The notes under the pieces are model-generated. The model was not told the origin of the DNA, made no database searches, and was given only the letters and a program-made list of their open reading frames with translations. The position numbers were made by a program, and so were the translations under genes. DNA of 60,033 nt, the filler included, from Catajapyx aquilonaris (lineage: Eukaryota): the NCBI GenBank assembly GCA_000934665.2. It is 2 parts of 2 records of this genome, joined end to end, with 100 filler letters (N's around TTAATTAATTAA, not from the genome) between each part and the next. Parts side by side here need not be neighbours in the genome. Positions count along the whole stretch, not along the records: positions 30,130 to 60,033 come from JYFJ02004719.1; 1 more part is not named here. One strand, given 5' to 3'. Positions 51,101 to 60,033 of this stretch are shown piece by piece (positions within the stretch are counted from its first letter, which is position 1; each line of letters begins with the position of its first letter).

Positions 51101-53897
51101 CAGTCATTCTTCAACAATTTGCCACTATGCGCCTCTCTTAAGACAGCCGGGCCCACCCAGCAGACATTCAATGTATCCCATTACACTCCGCAGGTACTGT
51201 ACGTCATTCACGCTCAGGCGTAGCATGTATGAGTGTCATCAGTTTCCCAGTTCAGGCGCTGGCTCAAGGGAGGGAGCCTCTCAACCCGCCCAGTACAAGT
51301 ACAGAGAATGTACACATAATTTAGTATGCGTTGCGGGTGTCAGTGCGAATGATGAGTTGACAAGCATCACTTTGCTGGATTGAATTAAGTCCTTGGCTAG
51401 GTCGCTTCATGGTCGGGTATAGGGGAGGAAGTCCCCCTGAGCGACCTATTCGTATTGTCCAAAGGGAGATTCTGCTTTCGTTAGTCTGGAAAACACTGAT
51501 TGGTTTTGTACTGTCATAAATGTCGATTTGATGTATAAATTCATATTGACTATTTTAACTACTGTAGCTAATGCCTACTTGCGACAGTTACTTGGCTTAT
51601 TGTATACAGTGTCTCAAAATAGCATATTTTCTTGTTGAGGGAGACACGTGTCCGGTTTATCAGCCAAGTAGGATGACCTCTGGTCAATATCTTTCTCCAT
51701 CGTTGGGGAGCCTCTTTGGGGAACACCACCACCATGTTATGGAATATTGTCAGTCCCATTCTCTTAATTGCATTCAAAAAGAAATTATGTCCATTAAAAG
51801 TTAATTATTAAGGATTGCAAAAGGCAAAAGCTATTTTGTCACGTGGGGAGACACTGCAGGATTTGAGCGCGTGGTATACAGAAATACGGACGTACATAAT
51901 AATTGTGGCCTGTAATTATCGTACAGCACTACTGTACATCGGAAGAGGGAAAACGTTAACAAGTTAATCTTTGGCATGTTATATTGCGATATATGGTTCT
52001 GTATCGTATATTTCAGGAGTGTCGCAATTGCAAGTGTCTATGTGAAAATCAAATTTGCTATCATGATGGTTTCTGGAAGCGCCTGGGACACTGCCTCCTC
52101 GTCCAGCGGATGGTCGTCTGGTGGGATTCACCCGGATTCACCGATTCGGATTTCGTCGTTGTCTTAATCTGGGAGCCAAGTGTCTCGGCGCCGGATTTGG
52201 AATTTTTAAACTTATTTTGTTACAACATTTCATCGCAATTGTACGTATAAGGTAGGCCCCAAATTATGTACTTGAAATTGAATCGAGCAACAAAAGTTTG
52301 ATTGGCATAATGTCCGGCCAATCGGTCACAAGAAATTGCTTCTCTCATGTCGTTTGGAGGACTCAAGACGACTCATGATCATGATGAGGTTTTGATCATG
52401 AGCCATGAAGGTTGCATCTCAGCTTCATCTGATTCGTAGTGAGCTGGTTGTTATCCAGTAGCTCTGTAGTGATTGTCTCCTCCTATAACCAGGATAGGTA
52501 TCTGATCAATCTACGATCCTCTGTTGTTGGGCATTACACGAATCTGATCTTATTATATATTCATGGAAATCGTATTTACCTTCAATTTTTTTACTTCACT
52601 TAAACGAGTATGAACTTGGCTATGATCAACACACATCATTTAATAATGATAGCTTTAATGGCGGAACATGCTGTTCCTCACTAACAGCCTGTCCAGCAAT
52701 GTAGCTGTGACGAGACATGACACGGCTTAATGAGTCATGTGTTGTGGTAGTTAATGTAGTGGTAGCTTAATGCACATACGGTCTATAACAAAAATGCATG
52801 TTATATTCAGTGTGATATAGGCAACTTCTCTCAATCACCATACTGATGTCGCTCCTGCAATATATTCAATACGCTATGCAGTTATGAACGTTCGAGAATT
52901 ATTATCCCCCGTCGTCATTCACACTGATGTTGTCATATAGATTGGATACCTTACTTAAATTATTTAAATTAAATTAAATGCTCTTGAGTTGTGTTACGGT
53001 TTGCTTCCGTTTTCCGTTTCCGTGTTCCGGTTTTAGTCCGACTCGAAGTATACTTATGGAATCCCATGTCCTTGAGTGACGCTGCCTTCTTATTCTGGAG
53101 GGCATCCTATTTTGTCATCATATATTCTATTTCCATGCCGCCTGCAAGCACTCCGGTTCAACTCCCCTTTTTGCCAGTGTGAAGTGTTGGTTCCATTTTT
53201 AGGGACCAATTTGGGGCTGCATATCATACAGTATATCACATTTCGCAGGAAATTGCTTACTCCGGGCAGGACACCGTCAATTTATTATGAATGTTTGATC
53301 TTGAGCCATGATGGTTGTGCTCAATTGGTTCTACAGTGATTGTCTCCTTGTATATAAGCAGGATAGGAAGTAATGTGACTGATCTGAGCTGGTTGTTTTC
53401 CGGTAGCTATGCAGTGATTGTCTCCTTTTATAACCAGGAAACCACTGACGTAATTAATGTTCTTCTTGTATCCTGGTAGAATATTCATCCTCAGGGCAAC
53501 CACTTATTTGTGCCCGTCCTTCTGAGTCATACTGCGTCTCTTCTCTAGCTTTCTGCAGAGTGGCATTTTGGGCATGAAACTGTTGAGCACCAAATAATAA
53601 GTCATAATTAGTAGTAAGAGAACGACTTTTTGATACCAGGTTTCATGAAATATTACACTACCATATCATCTTAGGACGGCATCTCTCGTGAACCTTTCGT
53701 GAACCATTGCCATCCAGGCATCCACCTCAGCACCACATCAATACCCTCGTGAATCAAATCCACTTCATCCGGTATCTGCAATTCTAATAGCCGCATCTCC
53801 TCTAGAGCATCCATAGAGATCCATTAAGTGGAATTTTAATTTTCAGCTTTCATCCGTTTTGCTTTTGTAGCAACAATTGAGTCCTAATGTGCTCGTC

Positions 53898-53943
53898 GTT
53901 TTTTGTCCTCACTATGGTTTTTGTCCTCACTATGGTTTTTGTC
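53898..53943. repeat. 18-bp tandem repeat (about 2.5 copies)
   Basis: (tttttgtcctcactatgg)2 followed by tttttgtc. Confidence 0.8.
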
Positions 53944-56900
53944 GTTTCGTATAGGGAAAATGTTCAGAAAATTCAACAAGAACTAATATTGTGTTGCGCA
54001 ATTCTTCTTGGGTCTCGGAGGATATCTCGATTCCTCTAGGTTCTAAAGCTGGGATACTGCAGGTAAATATTTGAGCTGATCACAGGCGGCCTATGAGCAT
54101 ATAGAGAGTGTTTTCAATGACCATCAAGGTCTTCTTATCATACCGTGATCTTATTATATCCGGGTTCATTAATGCTTTCTACGAGTAATGCAATTTACGT
54201 TACACTTGCTGAACTTATCGACTTATAAATCCTCAACGCACAATATCGTACCTTGGGTTAAAGAACCAAAGTACAAATCCACCAGCTGCTGTGGGCTTCA
54301 TATAATGCAGGTAAGATTAAAGTTTCGGCTCTTTTTCTTTCACTCGTTATAAAGGAGTTTGAATTCATATAAGTTACTTTGCATGAAAACATTTGCATAT
54401 TAAATATGTGACATTTTCTTTCGTTCTAATCTGGCGCATTCATTACGCGAAAACAATCAGCTAATTTGAACCAGGATGATATTGCTTGTCCAAGTTATGT
54501 CAAACGGCGCGTGTGTGCTACATTCTAGACAGTTTATGATGATTGTATCCTCTATACTACCTGCTACTACCATAACGGTTGTGCTTTGAGTACCGAGTTT
54601 GTATAGAGAATACGACTGGATGTTTAGCTCCAAATGTGAGCCTCTCTCCTTTGAATTACATATGAGTGTTTCTGAACCTCTTGAAGGAGAGATGGAATAG
54701 TGCCAGTACTTGTCACAACGCGTATTTTGTGCTTGTTGTCGTCAACATTTCTTTGCAATGGAGCTAAGGCTGAAGACTAGCATCATATGATAGCGAATAT
54801 TCCGGAGACTTTTGGAGTTGACGTGTCCAACTATAAGTTTTTCTCTTTCTTCAGTGTTATGTTGGTGTTGCATTACTCGGACTGGATTATCATGCTAACA
54901 GTACGGTATATGACTTCTGTACTACTTGTTGACATTACTACTCTGACTAACTCTCTTCATGCAGGAGACATTCAAAGCATATGAACTATGGGTATATATC
55001 ATCACGTTATCATCATATATTTAAAGTGGTATAAAGAGAAAGCATGTCTTCCAAACAGTAAGATCCACTGCGTCTGATTCTTGGATTTAGACGGAGCATA
55101 CACCAAAAATATGTAATAACTAATAATTATAATTATTTAAGAGCGCCCTGGCTTGGGAACCTCCCATCCCATCCCATCCCCCCCCCCTAAAAGGCGGGGT
55201 AATACAAAAATACTAATAATATTACCTTATGGAAAGTGATATTTTATTAACGGCGCGGTGGTGTTGGTTAATCCCGAGTGGCACCTTGTCTATAATAGCT
55301 GACTAACTGAACCTTCCCTGCGTATTGTTATGCCAAATCAATTGCATGGAGACAACACGTCAGTCATGCGAAGGTGGCAGCCTGTGTTCAACCCACCTTC
55401 CGGGATGGACTTCTGAATATTGCATTTGGCAAATTACGAAATTCCGGCGGTGTAAGTGTAAAGATTCCACATACACTTTGTGGTTATTCGGGAGGCAAGG
55501 TATGGTGTCACTGACGATACTGTCCTAATCGAATATTGAGTGGACCATATTCATGATAAAGTTACTATAGTCATGAAGTTTACATGTACAGAGTAATGCC
55601 ATACTGCATTAGTGATACAGCGGGCAATTAAATTTGAGTTTGTTGCTTCAATTTTTACACACGTTAACCATAATGTCAGCAATTTTTGCTCTGAAGCATT
55701 GAGGGGGAAATGATTTAATTCAAGTTGTCATCTACAGAATGACAAATACAACTCCCAACAGTCCGTGCTGGTCGAGCATTACTTACTTACCTTCTACTGC
55801 TCTTGATGCAGGCTGTCTCTATGGTACTTCTGTATTCCTAGATTTCTGGGCACGCGGACGTCTTTGAGCTGGCAGACCTACCTTTCGAAACTTCTGAGCT
55901 GGATGCGTTCTACGCACATTCATAGGAATTAGATGAACTTGGAGTCAGTGGTGTGAGATCATAGCAGTGTATTCATTCCCAGCTATTCTTCCTATTGTTC
56001 AATCTGTTTAGTCGCATTATGGCTTCCCTTACGCACATCGTGGTTGATCGCTGGTTGTCCACCTTCCCTGTTATTTAGTTAGTTAGTTTTATTATGCGGA
56101 ATATATGTGTCGCAAAAGTGTGAACGTCGCAGAGTGCTGGAGGGGATGGGTCTGCTGCATATGGCTCAGACCACCTCCGTAAGGAGCAGCTCTTCAAGCC
56201 AACTGTTGAGGAAGAAATAAGGGCTGAGCCAACAAACCTTGTTGAAGATCCCACAGCCCAATAAACTCCGCTCTTTACTAACACCTTGTGGATGTAAATT
56301 GTATGGAGGTCAAATATCTTGGGTGCATTGCATCTGCCAATTTGACGGAAGGTTGGCTTTTTTTTGTAAAATTGGTGACCCCATTAACACATTGTATTGT
56401 ATTCCTGGAAAATGGTGATGATGTGTTCATCTAGCCAATCTTACAATAGTGATTGTCATAGTAAGTATAATTTATTTGTGTCATTCTTTTGGGACAGTTC
56501 TTAAATTGGCCTGTAATTGGCGTATGTCACTACATGGGAAGAGGGAAAACGTTAACAAGGTAATCTTTGGCACGCGATACAAGGATCTGTATTGTATATT
56601 TCACCAGTGTCACAATATATTGTAAGTGTCTAGGTGAAATTTCTGTTCTGACACCTCAATACCCCTATGTCCTAAAACTGTAATATTATTCAGGCAGAGT
56701 TTGAACTGATAATAGAGTTTGTTTTGATATGTACGTTGTCACATGATTTCTGATCCCATTCATGGAATGCAAATGCAATATGTGGTATATGCGAGTTTAA
56801 CCCAGTGCAGTGCTCTTCTTCTAAAGAACATAATATTATGCACTTAGTCAGCACTGGCATAAATTGTAAGCCTCTATGCTCATCTGTGGAAGCCATAACC

Positions 56901-59900
56901 TGAAAACAACGACAGTGTTACTTATAAAGCAGTAATTAGGATAGGAGCCCCCTCCACTTCCACCATCTTCCAATCCCCCTAAAGTGTAAACAATCATTAC
57001 GGGGCTGCAACCATCAAGGTGGAGCCATTGTGACCATCCCGTCATTTGCCAGTAGTTAAGATTTAATGTTTTTTCTTCCTCTTTTCCATTATTTGTCATT
57101 AGTTGTATCTTGACATTCAACATGCGCATTCTGATTGGTGGGATTGGTAACAAAATCATCTGCACTGTGGTTTCGCCGCCATTCACCATGTACAGTACGT
57201 CTCCAATATGAAGGGATCCGCCATGTCGCATCTCTTGAGTCATGGTGGTTGCATCTCGGCCTTATCTGAGCTAGTTGTTGTCCATTAACTCTGTATTGCA
57301 GATTGTTTTCTCTTATATAACCAGGATAGGTAACTGATCAATCTACGATCCCTGTTGTTGGTCATTACATGAATATGATTTTATCTGATCCCATTCATGG
57401 GATCCTATTATTTAGCTTCAATTTTTTACTTCACTTAAAAGAGTATGAACTTGTCCACGGTCAACACATATCATTTAAGAATGTTAGCTTTAATGGCGGA
57501 ACACGCTGTACCCTGGCTGGACCTGATCAGATTACGAATCTAACATACAGTCTCTGCTTGTCCAGCAATGTAGCGCTGACATTACATGACACGGTTTGAA
57601 CGGCCAGCTAAAGAGTGTGGTGGTTAAGCCAGGGATTATATTGAAGCCCCGGAGAACAATAGCACACCCACCCTTCCGCCATCTAACCCCCACTTCCGCT
57701 GCCATCTGGTTCCACTCTCGACTCCAACCACGGACTGGCTCAAACTTTCCGTGTGAATGTTTCGTCAGAGACGCGTTCGGAATGTCCTGACCTGTAGCGG
57801 TGACGTCAGTGGTGGATGTTTAGTCACCGGGTGAGCCCTCACTCCGACCAAAAAACACGCGCTGTGTTACCTGCCCGGGACCCGACCAATTCGTGCAGAA
57901 GGCGTTCATGGGGCGCAGCTCCACCGCCTCGCAAAGCGAGTCAGTATTATATGATTCTTGCTGAGCACAGTATAAAAATGCACGCAATAAATATATGTGT
58001 TACTCTATTTATATTCAGATTAAAATCGTACAAACCATATAATGTGGTCACGACTGGCTGTGATATGGGAAACATTCGCATAAGGCTTGAAATGCAAGAA
58101 TGTATATAGCAATAACATGATTTTACAGGCGATGCCTCAGGATAATAATCGGGAAATGAGTTTGCGTAATAATTATGCGTCTAGAAGATACCAGCTAGAT
58201 TATGACGACCAAATGCAAAGGTGTTTGTTAGTATTTGGTGTGGAAAATATGTTCACGTTACGGAGGTGGAAAGGATAGCTAACTTGGTTGAGGTAGACCA
58301 CATCACGTGGCGGCGGCAGGACATGGGTTAAATCCTCGTAGCTTAGCAGGTGTTGACAATACTTCATGAACCAGATGATTTGACACACGTTCTGGATGTT
58401 GGAGCTTAGATGAACTCACGTCATTAATATATTTGACGGTCATACTCATTATGTGTACAAGTGATTTCGCATCGTGGAGTGGACGTACGCCACGTTCTCG
58501 TCATTTTGTGACTATGATAAAATGGAAGCTGCGTCGCATGTATGCCAAACGTCAGTCTTCTGCGGATAATTTTCAGGTCGAAAAGGTGTCGGTTAAATAA
58601 GGAATGTTGCATACAAACGTACAAATTTTGCAACCTGATGATATTATATTCATTCTAATTATTATCGAAAGAGACGATGTTAATGTGAAATAGGAGCACA
58701 ATAAAACCACATATAAATGGCCCAAAACCTACGTCAAAATGTCCTGATGTCCACTGAACCGTCCATATAAGGTTATGGAAATGTATTTTGCAGTAATGTC
58801 AGAAGATGCTCGGAAGAAATTCGGCAATTTGACTACCACTTGTTATAAAACTTTTATACCAACATTCGCATCGTGTCTTGACGAATGTGTTTTGTGACGT
58901 TGTTGTTCGTGTTTGTCGTTATTTTTGTTTGTGTTGGGAAATTCGAGATGATTTTAACCCTTTGACGCTGGTTCCTGCTGGTTTTTGAACTGGGAGCGCT
59001 ATAGAGTTTGCACAAAAATGGCGCAGTTTGAGGCTCAAACTGCTACCACCTCGTGGAAGGGTGCTCAACTTCCATGGCGTATGATAATCATTTTTTCCGC
59101 CTCCCGAGTATTATTCCATCTCTCAAATTGGCATTCCCCCCTCTTTTTGGTTGATTTTTAGACTTTCACTGTCACTATTCAATGATGGAAAACATGACTA
59201 ACGGGCATAATCAGTGGCAGAGTTTTTCAGTGTAATTAATTTCTCGTCATCACACCGAAGCACATCTGGATCTGTAAATTGTTGGATCACTGTCCGTTCT
59301 AGTGAATGTTAGTAATTTGTTATACCCTCGCCGACGGCACCGGTAGTATAGCAGGGTATTTTGTTCCCTCATTGCTGAATACCCTTGGCATGAATATATT
59401 GACCTAATGGGTGCAGAACATATTGCTTCGCCAAGGGGAGCCCGAAATAAGTTGCTTTCAGCCCCATTGAAATCTGGTTGACCATCGTCGAGTGGACATT
59501 GAATACGTTACGTCTGACATTGTGTCCAATATGACAGAGTGCTTAAAATATGTTTCCTTATTAAAATGTGTTTAATATTAGTGTTGAGGTGCTGGGGAAG
59601 ATGTATGTTCTTGAAATCAATGCTTGAGTTCCGTGCACCTGAACTATTCCGTCTGTTGTAGAAGTTTTTGCGTCACATTATGTATCTCATTCCTTGTCAT
59701 CCTGTACGCCTTATTCTACCTGATAGAAATTGTCGCTAGCAAGATGGGAAGAATCAATTCGCTGCAGCGTACGTCTCCCTTCTTGCCTACTCCAGTAGGT
59801 ATGGGTGCCATCCGGATGGAAAGTACTGTACAACCTGTCTTGTTTGGCCATTGAAGGTAAGAATGTGGTTCCGGATTAACCCTTTGCTGCCTACGGCCAT

Positions 59901-60033
59901 CATATGATTTCCGAGCTTGCATTGCTGGAGGGCCTACGGCCATCATATGATGTCCGAAGATTTGCCCTGCCAACTTGGGTCATTTTTCAACGCAAAAAAT
60001 TTCAACCTCACCGATTTTCTTGAAATTCGGTGC

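Larger units (their letters stand above)
34380..59280 (+). repeat. Mosaic of degenerate same-orientation duplicated blocks
   Basis: Approximate pairs seen by eye: 34980-35400/58780-59280; 34380-34500/54070-54210; 35840-36040/43975-44130/45715-46010; 39870-40110/42350-42540; 40110-40590/45010-45510; 42913-43700/51020-51690; 46540-46705/53475-53670; 48360-48545/58300-58470; 50235-50780/54255-54730; 51900-52050/56500-56640; 52390-52730/57230-57600. Confidence 0.8.

Noticed and set aside
55790..56068. Exon-like segment on - with an AG acceptor and a GTAAGT donor
   Set aside because: It has stops in all three frames and no recognisable protein.
57740..57770. Hammerhead-like CTGACGA...GAAA on the - strand
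   Set aside because: There is no stem II pairing between the two boxes.
59716..59973. ORF with PTGVGK...LPIL (helicase motif I-like); another frame reads FHPDGTHTYWS...QRID (APE endonuclease-like)
   Set aside because: These are two incompatible weak resemblances in different frames, with incomplete motifs and no supporting downstream domains.

Overview
Eukaryotic, intron-containing animal DNA, most likely an arthropod. It is split at 30030-30129 by an artificial 100-nt contig linker (N44-TTAATTAATTAA-N44). The left half is gene-dense. It holds the last three exons of an unidentified + strand gene (501-840) and a complete 15-exon LRCH gene on the - strand (22936->3303). LRCH has a second alternative last exon (2229->2104), so the C-terminus is either a transmembrane anchor or a PDZ-ligand-like -STV. 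It also holds a complete 13-exon mitochondrial elongation factor G1 gene (GFM1, 27780->23311, 751 aa, one probable GC-AG intron) and a secreted Der p 7/group-7-allergen-like gene (28931->gap). The right half has no intact gene. It is a mosaic of decayed same-orientation duplications with two MATH(-BTB) pseudogene copies, a foldback element, a 5'-truncated LINE with a 16-bp TSD and small retro-insertions. The most notable item is a 268-bp non-coding retroelement (37621-37888) with a TSD and an (AAACC)n tail. Its first base is the predicted cleavage site of an HDV-like self-cleaving ribozyme fold, and a 5'-truncated second copy lies at 41636-41783. All calls were made by eye; no database searches were run.
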